From: Parcubacteria group bacterium Greene0416_36
Lineage (GTDB): Bacteria; Patescibacteriota; Patescibacteriia; VMEV01
Length of the DNA stretch: 64,000 nt
Direction: 5' to 3'
NCBI GenBank assembly: GCA_007375725.1
Contig: VMEV01000006.1
Span: forward strand, 6,929-70,928
The notes below the pieces were generated by a model. That model had not been told where the DNA came from. It saw only the letters and a program-made list of their open reading frames with translations, and ran no database searches. Positions within the stretch are counted from its first letter, which is position 1, and the number at the start of each line of letters is the position of its first letter. Below are positions 1 to 8,797 of this stretch, piece after piece. Position numbers and translations under genes: made by a program.

Positions 1-944
1 AAAACGTCATCGAGACTGTTAAGGCGGCTTATGCGGCTGGCAAGAATGATGAAAATATGGATCCGATCGTGATGACTGACGGAAAGGGTAATGCAGTGGG
101 GAATATCAAGGACGGGGACGTGGTGATTTTCTTCAATTTCCGTCCAGACCGCGCCCGCCAGATTGCTCGAGCCTTTGTGGCTCCTGTTTTCGATGGATTT
201 CCACGATCTAAAAAATTGGATATCCATTTTGTCGGTATGATGCAGTATGAGGCCGCCCTTCACTTACCCGTTGTTTTCCCTCCTCAAGATATCTCTCTGC
301 CTGTCGGAAAGGTGATTTCGGAGGCGGGAAAGAAGCAGCTGCGCATCGCTGAAACCGAGAAATACGCCCATGTGACTTATTTTTATAACGGTGGGGTGGA
401 AAATCCTTTCGAGGGTGAAGAGCACATAATGGTTCCGTCTCCTAATGTCGAAAGTTATGATCAAGTTCCCAAGATGAGTTCGGGGGAGGTTACGGATAAG
501 CTGATTGACGCGATTCGCACTGGGGATCATGATTTCATTTTGCTCAATTACGCCAATCCCGATATGATTGGACATACTGGCAATTGGGACGCGTGTATCG
601 AGACGATTGAGGCCACGGATGGCCACCTCAAGCGGCTCTATGACGAGTTTGTGGTGGCGAAAAATGGGATCATGCTGATCCTGGCTGATCATGGGAATAT
701 CGAGGTGATGATCGATCCCATTACCGGAAGAATCCACAAAGAACATACCAGCAATCCAGTGGGCGTTTTTTTAGTCGACCGGACGCGAAAATATGATAAG
801 CCTGAAGATCTAATCGAGATTCAAAAGCTGGACATGACCGCCATTGGTATTTTGGCGGATATTGGCCCGACCATTCTGGATATGCTGGATATTCCCAAGC
901 CGCCTGAAATGACGGGCCGCAGTATCAAAAATGATTGTGTTTAA
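1..944 (+). CDS. gpmI: 2,3-bisphosphoglycerate-independent phosphoglycerate mutase, C-terminal part (5' end outside window)
   Basis: Frame is open from position 3 (NVIETVKAAYAAG...). Motifs FRPDRARQIARAF, ANPDMIGHTGNWDA and ILADHGN are typical of iPGM. Confidence 0.8.
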   Translation, partial: NVIETVKAAYAAGKNDENMDPIVMTDGKGNAVGNIKDGDVVIFFNFRPDRARQIARAFVAPVFDGFPRSKKLDIHFVGMMQYEAALHLPVVFPPQDISLPVGKVISEAGKKQLRIAETEKYAHVTYFYNGGVENPFEGEEHIMVPSPNVESYDQVPKMSSGEVTDKLIDAIRTGDHDFILLNYANPDMIGHTGNWDACIETIEATDGHLKRLYDEFVVAKNGIMLILADHGNIEVMIDPITGRIHKEHTSNPVGVFLVDRTRKYDKPEDLIEIQKLDMTAIGILADIGPTILDMLDIPKPPEMTGRSIKNDCV

Positions 945-2250
945 ATATATGTCGGTCTCTTTTTTAGGGAGGGTGCGGGGAAGAATTGCATCTTGGATGC
1001 ATTTTTTGGAGGCTTTGGCAGCTCGAATCATTTTTTATTATCCCGGAGAGGTCAAAATCATTGGAGTCACCGGAACAGACGGAAAAACGACGACCACTTT
1101 TTTGATCGATGCGGTACTGCGCGGCGCAGGATATAAAACAGCTTTGTGCAATGGTCTGGTGTTTCGAATCGGGAGAGAAGAGTATCCCAATCCAACCGAT
1201 AATACGACGCCGAGAGCTTGGATTATTCATCAATTCATAAAAAAAGCCAAGCGGTCCGGATGCCAGTATATTATTATTGAATCGACTTCGTGGGCTATCC
1301 GCCAATGGCGCCTATGGGGAATTCCCTTTAGCACGGCGGTTTTTACGAATTTGACCCTAGAGCATCAGGATGTTCATGGATCCATGGATAAGTATAAGGA
1401 ATCCAAAGGCCTTTTATTCGCTACGGTGTCCCAGGCTAAAAATTCAACGAGTATTGTCAATAAAGATGATCCCGCTTCTGATTATTTTTTGTCTTTCCCT
1501 GTAGAAAAAAAGCTTTCCTACTCGATTAAGGATTCCTCGGCGGATCTTTGGGCTCATGATATCGTGCTGGAGCCCCATCGTTCTTTATTTAAAGTGTGTT
1601 ATTTGGGACAGGACTACCCTATTGAAATTAACTTGCCCGGAGACTATAATGTGGCTAATTCACTTGCCGCTATTTCGCTTGTTTTAGCGGAAAAAATAGA
1701 TTTTTCAATTCTCCAATCTTCTATTTTGGTGTTCACGGGTGCTCCTGGGCGTTTCGAATATGTCCAGACCGGAAAAGATTATCACGTGGTGGTTGATTTC
1801 GCGCATACACCGGGTGCCTTTCGGAATCTTTTTTCCAATGTCCGGCGCATCTATCCCAAGGCCCGCATCATCGCGGTGTTTGGCGCAGCGGGAGGGAGAG
1901 ATCCGATCAAACGCCCTTTTTTGGGAGAGGAAGCGGCAATGGGGGCGGATTTTTCAATATTGACTTCAGATGATCCACGCTTTGAAGATCCCGAGACTAT
2001 CGCACGTTCGATCATGGGAGGTTTTAGAAAAGCCGGAAAGCATGAAAATCAAGATTTTATATTTATCAAGGACCGTAAAGAGGCCATTCGGAAAGCACTC
2101 TCTATGGCCAGTGCTGGCGATGTGGTTTTGCTTCTGAGCATGGGCGCTTATGAGGCCATGTATGTGGGAGCGGGGAAAGTCCCCTGGAATGATAAAAAGG
2201 CGGTGGAAGAGATTGTGGGGCAGCAAATCCCTCCCCAACCCTCCCTTTGA
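931..2250 (+). CDS. murE: Mur ligase, UDP-N-acetylmuramoyl-tripeptide synthetase (MurE-like)
   Basis: P-loop GVTGTDGKTTTT. C-terminal TSDDPRFEDPETI matches the MurE TSDNPR.EDP motif. True start may be downstream of 931. The 3' end runs into a REP-like element (IPPQPSL). Confidence 0.75.
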   Translation: MIVFKYMSVSFLGRVRGRIASWMHFLEALAARIIFYYPGEVKIIGVTGTDGKTTTTFLIDAVLRGAGYKTALCNGLVFRIGREEYPNPTDNTTPRAWIIHQFIKKAKRSGCQYIIIESTSWAIRQWRLWGIPFSTAVFTNLTLEHQDVHGSMDKYKESKGLLFATVSQAKNSTSIVNKDDPASDYFLSFPVEKKLSYSIKDSSADLWAHDIVLEPHRSLFKVCYLGQDYPIEINLPGDYNVANSLAAISLVLAEKIDFSILQSSILVFTGAPGRFEYVQTGKDYHVVVDFAHTPGAFRNLFSNVRRIYPKARIIAVFGAAGGRDPIKRPFLGEEAAMGADFSILTSDDPRFEDPETIARSIMGGFRKAGKHENQDFIFIKDRKEAIRKALSMASAGDVVLLLSMGAYEAMYVGAGKVPWNDKKAVEEIVGQQIPPQPSL

Positions 2251-2307
2251 CAAGGGAGGGGGTAACTAGCCTCCCCCTTGTCAAAGGGGGACTGAGGGGG
2301 ATTTCTT
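2227..2307. repeat. REP/MITE-like compound hairpin element (family R1), copy 1
   Basis: atccctccccaaccctccctttgacaagggaggg..ctcccccttgtcaaagggggactgagggggattt. Two internal hairpins (CCCTCCCTT-TGACA-AAGGGAGGG and CCCCCTT-GTCA-AAGGGGGA) inside an outer inverted repeat. At least 9 copies in the window. Confidence 0.85.
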
Positions 2308-2390
2308 GCTTTAATTAAAAATGTATTGTAATAACTAACCCAAAAAAATCGCGTTTTTTATTCTATGTCCTAATTCTCGCATTAGGCTTT

Positions 2391-4403
2391 TTGCCGTCAC
2401 GAGCATTTGCCATATATCCGAATGATCCGGGGATTGTGCATCAGTGGTATCTCCGTCAAATCGGGGCGCCTGGAGCGTGGGAATATGTCACGGGTAGCCG
2501 CAATGTGGTGGTGGCAGTGTTGGATTCAGGGGTGGATATCGATCATCCCGATCTGAAAGAAAATATTTGGAAAAATACCCGCGAGATTCCGGGCGATGGG
2601 TTTGATAATGATCTCAATGGATATGTGGATGATACCGTAGGATGGGATTTTATTTTGAATTCCTCCAACCCTAGACCCAAATATACGTCTGAAGATAAAG
2701 CGAATCTCATCGCGGTATCCCATGGGACCATAGTAGCCGGACTCATTGCCTCAAAAGGAGGCAATGGTATTGGGGTTTCAGGCGTGGTCTGGGATGCTCA
2801 AATCATGCCGCTGCGAATTTTGAATAATAAAGGGTTGGGCAGTGCCAGTTTGGTGGTCTCGGCGATCGACTATGCTGTCGCCAATCGCGCGGACATTATC
2901 AATTTGAGTTTGTTTGGCATTGGAAAAAGTTCCATTATTGATGAGGCTATTTTGCGGGCCTATCGGGCGGGCGTGATAGTAGTGGCGGCCAGCGGCAATG
3001 ACGGCAATGTCTTTTCTCATCAGACTCTTAATTTGGACAAGGATCCTGGTACTCCAGTGTGTTCGTCAGCTGATAATTTGGATCACCGGATTGTTATTGG
3101 AGTAGCGGCCACTGACCCTCTTGATCAAAAAGCTCCGTTCTCTAATTATGGAAAAAATTGTATCGATATCTCCGCGCCGGGATACAGTTTTTTCTCGACC
3201 GTGGTCAAAGATCTGGCAATTGGAACATCCAGTGAATATGGCGGGCTTTTTTCCGGATCGTCTCTTGCGGCTCCTTTGGTTTCGGGATCTGCGGCACTGC
3301 TCAAATCCATGGAATTCGCTCTGACCAACTATCAGGTGATCGATTTATTGATTTCCGAAGCGGATCCTATCGAAGTCAATTCAGATTGGAAAGGATTGGT
3401 AGGTCAGGGCCGTATTAATATCGAAAAATCGGTTAAAAAAGCTATTGCCCGCTATGGATCGATACCCTCGCCGATTGTGCCAAAAAACCGTCCTTATTTA
3501 CTTTTGTCTTCCGAGGATAGAGTCTCTTCTGGTTTCTGGGTTTATTCTTTGCAGAAAGAACGCGCGGTGGCGGAAAAAAGTGCCAGCGCGTACCCTTTCT
3601 TATTTTTAAATGGCATATCCTCCGTCATGGATCGGTCCGGAACGATATTCACCCTTCCTGGAAAAGGAGGAGGTCCTCAAATTCGGTATTTTGATTTACT
3701 TGGAAAGGTGAAGGGGCAGTTTTTTGTTGGTGATTCCGCGGCTCGTTTTGGGGGGAATTTGGCACTGGTCGAAAATCCCGAAGCGGAATTGTTTGCTGTC
3801 GGGTCCGGGATTGGCGAGAGCGGCAAGGTCTCGATCTACACAAAACAGGCGAAATTATTGCGTTCGTTCCAGGCATATCCTGGGGCGTATGTCGGCGGAG
3901 TTCGAGTTTCGGTAGGTGATGTCGGGGGCGGAAATGAACCAGAAATTGTGACATCGACTCAGAGCGGCGGCGGACCGCAGATTCGCATTTGGAGCCAAGA
4001 GGGAAAATTAGCGGGTCAGTTTTTTGCCTATGTTTCCGGACATCGCGCTGGCGTGAAAATCGCTTTGGGCGATATTTATAACCAGGATAAGAAAAAGGAG
4101 ATCCTAGCGGCTATTTGGGGCAGCCGCGAGTCCATCATCCGCATTTTTGACAGAAGCGGAAAATTGCTCCGAGAATTTGCTCCATTTGGGGTGCTGTACC
4201 GGGGTGATTTGGACGTGGCGTCCGTAGATGTCAATGGCGACGGAAATGATGAAATGATCGTGCTCAAAAACGAGCCCGGCAACGCGAGCATTGCTGTATT
4301 TAATGCCTTAGGTGGGTTATTATATGAATGGAATATCGGCCGAGATATTACGGATTATTTTGGCAGGCTGAAAATTTCGGCCCAGAGCGTGGTGGAACCC
4401 TAA
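2391..4403 (+). CDS. Subtilisin-like serine protease (peptidase S8) with C-terminal FG-GAP/VCBS-like repeats
   Basis: Asp/His/Ser triad motifs VAVLDSGVD, SHGTIVAG and GSSLAAPLVSGSAALL. C-terminus has repeated GGGPQIR..G..GQFF..GD units. Confidence 0.85.
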   Translation: MPSRAFAIYPNDPGIVHQWYLRQIGAPGAWEYVTGSRNVVVAVLDSGVDIDHPDLKENIWKNTREIPGDGFDNDLNGYVDDTVGWDFILNSSNPRPKYTSEDKANLIAVSHGTIVAGLIASKGGNGIGVSGVVWDAQIMPLRILNNKGLGSASLVVSAIDYAVANRADIINLSLFGIGKSSIIDEAILRAYRAGVIVVAASGNDGNVFSHQTLNLDKDPGTPVCSSADNLDHRIVIGVAATDPLDQKAPFSNYGKNCIDISAPGYSFFSTVVKDLAIGTSSEYGGLFSGSSLAAPLVSGSAALLKSMEFALTNYQVIDLLISEADPIEVNSDWKGLVGQGRINIEKSVKKAIARYGSIPSPIVPKNRPYLLLSSEDRVSSGFWVYSLQKERAVAEKSASAYPFLFLNGISSVMDRSGTIFTLPGKGGGPQIRYFDLLGKVKGQFFVGDSAARFGGNLALVENPEAELFAVGSGIGESGKVSIYTKQAKLLRSFQAYPGAYVGGVRVSVGDVGGGNEPEIVTSTQSGGGPQIRIWSQEGKLAGQFFAYVSGHRAGVKIALGDIYNQDKKKEILAAIWGSRESIIRIFDRSGKLLREFAPFGVLYRGDLDVASVDVNGDGNDEMIVLKNEPGNASIAVFNALGGLLYEWNIGRDITDYFGRLKISAQSVVEP

Positions 4404-4428
4404 TATTTGAATAAATTTCAAAATCTAT

Positions 4429-5445
4429 ATGCCAAAGGCGATTTTTGATAAAAAAAATGTATTGGTTTTAGGGGGCGCCGGTTTTATTGGTTCCCATTTA
4501 TGCGAAGAATTGCTCCGAGAGAGCAAGGTTATTTGCGTGGATAATTTTATTTCCAGCACGCGCTCCAATATTGAGCATCTGCTCAAAAATCCTAATTTTA
4601 TTTTGCTCAAACACGATATTATCGAGCCTTTATTGCTTGAGAACCTTTCGGAACTTGATGCATTCAACTTAAAATTTCAAGGCATACAGGAAGTATATAA
4701 TTTGGCCATTCCCATGAATCCGAAAGATTTCGAGCAAGTTAAAATTCAGACATTACTGGCGAATTCTTATGGTACAAAAAATGCTTTAGACCTAGCTCTT
4801 AAATATAAGGCCAAACTATTTCATGCTTCCAGTGCGGTGGTTTATGGAGAACGAATCGACGAACACACCCTGTTCGCCGAGGATTATGTAGGAGCGCTCA
4901 ATCAATTCAGTCCCCGAAGTAATTATGATTTGGGCAAAAAATTTTCGGAGTCCATGGTCTATCATTACAACCAAGCCTATGGCGTGGATGGCCGCATCGG
5001 CAGAATTTTTAGGACCTATGGACCGAGGACTCCACTCGGAAAGGGCCACATGATACCGGATTTTATCGTCAGCGCGCTGCGGGGAGAGGATCTGGTGATT
5101 TACGGAAATGAAAATTTTACTACGACCCTTGTGTACGTGAGCGATGTTGTCGATGCCATTCTCCGGCAGATAAAGTTGGATCAGAATATCGGCGCGGTTA
5201 ATATTGGGACGGATGTATTGATACGGCTCGTGGATGTTTGCGGCCAGATCATCAGAAAAACGAATTCCAATTCTAAAATTCGTTTCGAACCCACCCTCTT
5301 ATTCATGTCCGAACTGGGGATTCCGGATATCACGCGCGCCCGAGAAAAATTGGGCTGGCTGCCGATCATGACCTTGGACAAGGGTCTGGACAAAGCTATT
5401 GAATATACCTTGGCCCATGAAGTTCTACTGGGTGTGAATCGCTAA
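4429..5445 (+). CDS. NAD-dependent epimerase/dehydratase, UDP-glucuronate decarboxylase (UXS)-like
   Basis: GGAGFIGSHL Rossmann motif. ASSAVVYG and YDLGKK catalytic motifs. RIFRTYGPRT and ..KLGWLP match the UXS/RmlB family. Confidence 0.8.
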   Translation: MPKAIFDKKNVLVLGGAGFIGSHLCEELLRESKVICVDNFISSTRSNIEHLLKNPNFILLKHDIIEPLLLENLSELDAFNLKFQGIQEVYNLAIPMNPKDFEQVKIQTLLANSYGTKNALDLALKYKAKLFHASSAVVYGERIDEHTLFAEDYVGALNQFSPRSNYDLGKKFSESMVYHYNQAYGVDGRIGRIFRTYGPRTPLGKGHMIPDFIVSALRGEDLVIYGNENFTTTLVYVSDVVDAILRQIKLDQNIGAVNIGTDVLIRLVDVCGQIIRKTNSNSKIRFEPTLLFMSELGIPDITRAREKLGWLPIMTLDKGLDKAIEYTLAHEVLLGVNR

Positions 5446-5447
5446 AT

Positions 5448-6125
5448 ATGAAGATTTTCGTCGTCATTCCCGCTTACAATGAAGAGACGAGAATCCGAAC
5501 CGTGATTGCGTCTCTTTTGTCGTTTCCTTATGAAATTGTCGTGGTCAATGATGGATCGAAGGATCGTACTTTGGCAGAACTTCAAGGTTTGGGCGGGGTG
5601 CATGTACTCTCCCATAGTATCAATCGCGGACAGGGAGCGGCACTCTCAACCGGGACCGTTTATGCCCTCAGGAATGGAGCGGATATTATTGTCCATTTCG
5701 ATGCGGACGGCCAGCATCAGGGCCATGAAATAAGAGAAATGGTGGATCTGCTTTTCAGGGGAAATCAAGATATTGTTTTGGGGTCTCGTTTTCTGGGTAA
5801 AAAAGCAAATATGCCCTTGCACCGAAAAATCGTGCTCAAGGCCGGATTGATTTTTATTTATTTTGTTTCCGGACTCAAACTGACGGACTCTCAAAACGGG
5901 TTTCGTGTGATGACTCGGGAAGCAGCCCATAAAATCACGATTACACAAGATAGAATGGGTCATGCCAATGAAATTATGGATGAGATTGGAAGTCATCATC
6001 TGAAATATGCCGAAGCGCCAATTGAGGTTATTTATGATGAATATTCTCTCCGAAAAGGCCAGAGTTCTTGGAATTTCATCCGCCTCGGCTTCGGTACTCT
6101 GTGGATGAAATGGACTAAGAAATAA
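5448..6125 (+). CDS. Glycosyltransferase family 2 (DPM1/GtrB-like polyprenol-phosphate glycosyltransferase)
   Basis: IPAYNEE...VVVNDGSKDRT and the DAD motif (FDADGQH). 225 aa. Confidence 0.8.
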   Translation: MKIFVVIPAYNEETRIRTVIASLLSFPYEIVVVNDGSKDRTLAELQGLGGVHVLSHSINRGQGAALSTGTVYALRNGADIIVHFDADGQHQGHEIREMVDLLFRGNQDIVLGSRFLGKKANMPLHRKIVLKAGLIFIYFVSGLKLTDSQNGFRVMTREAAHKITITQDRMGHANEIMDEIGSHHLKYAEAPIEVIYDEYSLRKGQSSWNFIRLGFGTLWMKWTKK

Positions 6126-6136
6126 ATAAAGAGGCT

Positions 6137-6215
6137 TTAGGCATTAGGCCATTAGCTTATTAAAAACAACCGTGGCTGTTTTCTAAGAAGCTAATTCCTA
6201 ATAGCCTAATGCCTA
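6137..6215. repeat. Palindromic intergenic element (family R2: GGCATTAGGC..TTAGCTTATTA / TAAGCTAATGCCTAATAGCCTAATGCC), copy 1
   Basis: Imperfect ~80-bp inverted repeat. Similar copies at 13108-13200 and 20612-20655. Confidence 0.75.
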
Positions 6216-6222
6216 ATTACAT

Positions 6223-6579
6223 ATGTTAGGTTTTCAACTCCTTGCTTTTATCGTAATATTGGCCATCGTCTCGAAAATTTTTGCCAGCTATCGAAAGAGA
6301 GAAATATCTTTTAGATTATTGCTGATCTGGATTGTATTTTGGTTCCTTGCTCTTTTATTTATTTGGCGACCGAATATCTCTTCAGAGATGGCGGTCCTCT
6401 TGGGAATTGGAAGAGGAACAGATTTGGTGGTTTATTTTTCAATTATATTTTTATTTTATTCTTTGTATCGGATCATGCTCCGTATGGATCGGCTGGACCG
6501 GAATGTCACGGATTTGGTGCGCCATATCGCGGTCCATAACCCTGTGGCAAAGCCCAAAGATGAAGATTCTCATAATTGA
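6223..6579 (+). CDS. Small membrane protein, DUF2304-like (GT2-associated)
   Basis: 118 aa with 3-4 TM helices, sandwiched between two GT2 genes. This pattern is typical of DUF2304. Confidence 0.55.
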   Translation: MLGFQLLAFIVILAIVSKIFASYRKREISFRLLLIWIVFWFLALLFIWRPNISSEMAVLLGIGRGTDLVVYFSIIFLFYSLYRIMLRMDRLDRNVTDLVRHIAVHNPVAKPKDEDSHN

Positions 6580-7643
6580 TCGCTATGATTCGCGTCTTTG
6601 TCAGCATCGTGACGTACAAATCCAGGCAGTACATTGAGGCCTGTTTGGAAAGTCTTTTCAAGCAGGATTTTGGGCGCGATCAATATCGGGTAGTGATTTC
6701 GGATAATGCCACGACGGACGGGACACTGGAATTTGTCCGAGCTCGGTATCCTCAAGTCGAAATCATTGAGAATAAGGCGAATTTGGGATTTGCGGGAGGG
6801 AATAATGTGGTCTTTAGAAAGGCTAAACAAGAAAAAATTCCTTATGTGGTACTCGTGAATTATGATATCGTAGCTGATCCAGGGTGGCTCCGCGAATTGA
6901 TTGCCAAGGCCGACAGCGAGCCGCGTGCGGGCTCGGTTCAGTCCTTGATTCTTCTCCATGACAAGCCACGTCTGATCAACTCGTCCGGTAACCGGATTCA
7001 TTATCTGGGATTTGGCTATACAGGAGGGTATTTGCAGGATAAAGATTCGTTTGGTTGCTCGGATTCCGACGAAATGGCCAATGCTTCGGGCTGTGCCGTT
7101 CTCTATCGCATGGAGGTACTCGACAAAACCGGATACTTTAATCCGGCATTCGTGGCTTACCATGAAGATTTGGATCTCGGCTGGAGACTGCGTTTGGCCG
7201 GCTATACCAATATTTTGGCTAAAAAATCTATTATTTATCACAAATACGAGTTCGGGCGTAGTATTTCTAAATATTATTTGATGGAAAGAAATCGCTGGAT
7301 GGTTCTTCTGACGCACTATGATTGGAGGACTTTATGGGTTATTTTGCCTATGTTTTTGGCGGTGGAAGCCGGAATGATTTTTTTTTCCATTCGCAATGGA
7401 TTCTGGAGGCAAAAAGCGAAGGCTGTTTTTTATTTTTGGAATCCGAAAAATATTTTTAGTGTTTTGGCGGACCGGGAAAGAGTTCAGTCAATCAGAAAAG
7501 TGAAGGATCGTGAAATTGTCTCTATTTTTGACAGCGAGATTTTATTTCAGGGAGACATCGCTCAAAATAGTTGGGTGACTCATCTTGGCAATCCGGTGCT
7601 CCGCTTTTATTGGACATGGGCCAAGAGACTCATTATTTGGTAA
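6576..7643 (+). CDS. Glycosyltransferase family 2 (rhamnosyltransferase/WbbL-like)
   Basis: SIVTYKS...VVISDNATTDGT GT2 N-terminal motifs. Start overlaps the upstream stop (ATGA). Confidence 0.75.
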   Translation: MIAMIRVFVSIVTYKSRQYIEACLESLFKQDFGRDQYRVVISDNATTDGTLEFVRARYPQVEIIENKANLGFAGGNNVVFRKAKQEKIPYVVLVNYDIVADPGWLRELIAKADSEPRAGSVQSLILLHDKPRLINSSGNRIHYLGFGYTGGYLQDKDSFGCSDSDEMANASGCAVLYRMEVLDKTGYFNPAFVAYHEDLDLGWRLRLAGYTNILAKKSIIYHKYEFGRSISKYYLMERNRWMVLLTHYDWRTLWVILPMFLAVEAGMIFFSIRNGFWRQKAKAVFYFWNPKNIFSVLADRERVQSIRKVKDREIVSIFDSEILFQGDIAQNSWVTHLGNPVLRFYWTWAKRLIIW

Positions 7644-7675
7644 GGCATCGTGTTTACAATGATCGTGCGAATCAT

Positions 7676-8797
7676 ATGAAAATCGCTCAAATCGTTTCCA
7701 CCTTTTGGCCTTATTTGGGCGGCATGGGCAATGTCACTCGTTTTTTTTCTCAGTATTTATCCGCGAGGGGCCATGAAGTGACGGTCATTACTCCGGAATA
7801 CAGAAAGAAAAATACCGCCGAAGGGGAAGAATCTTTTCCATTTGAAATCCAGAGAATCGCTCCGGTGTTACAATACGGCAATGCTGCGTACTTGTGGGGA
7901 CTTGGCCAATATCTCTGTCAATACGATATTTTGCATCTCCACTATCCTTTTTTCGGCGGAGTGGAACCTTTATTTTTCTACAAACTGCGGCCCAATCAGA
8001 AATTAGTGATCACTTATCACATGGAATTTATTCCCTCGTCGTTTTTTTTATCTTTGGCTTCGAGGCCGGAGAGGCTGCTCCGGGGATCGGTATTTGATCG
8101 TGCCTCTCGGGTGACGGTGTCCAGTCTGGATTATATTGAGCATTCGGGAGACCGGGCTCTCTATACCCAGACTCCGTCGAAATGGATCGAATTACCCTTT
8201 GGTTTTGATCCGCAATTTGATAAAGCGTTATGGACGGGGGGGCAAAAAAATCGTTCACAGAATCCTTTTGTTTTATTCGTGGGCGCCCTGGATCGGGCGC
8301 ATCAATTCAAAGGACTGGGCGTGCTACTGGATGCGATGTGTCTTCTGCCACGGGAGGTTCACTTACGGATCGTGGGAGAGGGGGACTGCCGTGTACTTTA
8401 TGAGAAAGAAGTCCTGACTTTGGGTCTAGCCGAGCGCGTGCGGTTTTGCGGGAGGGTCTCGGATACCATTTTGGGAGAATCTTATCGCGACTGCTTGTGT
8501 CTGGTTCTTCCTTCCACTGGGAAAGGAGAGGCTTTCGGCCTGGTTGCGGTCAATGCCATGGCCGCGGGAAAGCCAGTTATCGCCTCCAATTTGCCGGGAG
8601 TACGAACCGTGGTGGACCCTGGAGTGACCGGTTTTCTGGCCACTCCCGGAGACCCTAAAGATCTTGCCCTGCGATTATCTCATCTGACGGACGATCCTAT
8701 ACTAGCTATTTCAATGGGGGAACAAGGCTACCGGCGGGCTAAAGAAAAATATGACTGGGCTCATTTGGCTCTAAAATTAGAGGGAGTTTATTTATGA
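7676..8797 (+). CDS. Glycosyltransferase family 4
   Basis: MKIAQIVSTFWPYLGGMGN N-terminus. C-terminal GEAFGLVAVNAMAAGKPVIAS matches the GT4 E-x7-E region. ORF opens at 7571 but the ATG at 7676 is the plausible start. Confidence 0.75.
   Translation: MKIAQIVSTFWPYLGGMGNVTRFFSQYLSARGHEVTVITPEYRKKNTAEGEESFPFEIQRIAPVLQYGNAAYLWGLGQYLCQYDILHLHYPFFGGVEPLFFYKLRPNQKLVITYHMEFIPSSFFLSLASRPERLLRGSVFDRASRVTVSSLDYIEHSGDRALYTQTPSKWIELPFGFDPQFDKALWTGGQKNRSQNPFVLFVGALDRAHQFKGLGVLLDAMCLLPREVHLRIVGEGDCRVLYEKEVLTLGLAERVRFCGRVSDTILGESYRDCLCLVLPSTGKGEAFGLVAVNAMAAGKPVIASNLPGVRTVVDPGVTGFLATPGDPKDLALRLSHLTDDPILAISMGEQGYRRAKEKYDWAHLALKLEGVYL

Noticed and set aside
264-1305. Antisense ORFs (160 aa, 73 aa, 113 aa) within gpmI/murE.
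   Set aside because: They are fully embedded antisense to well-supported housekeeping genes.
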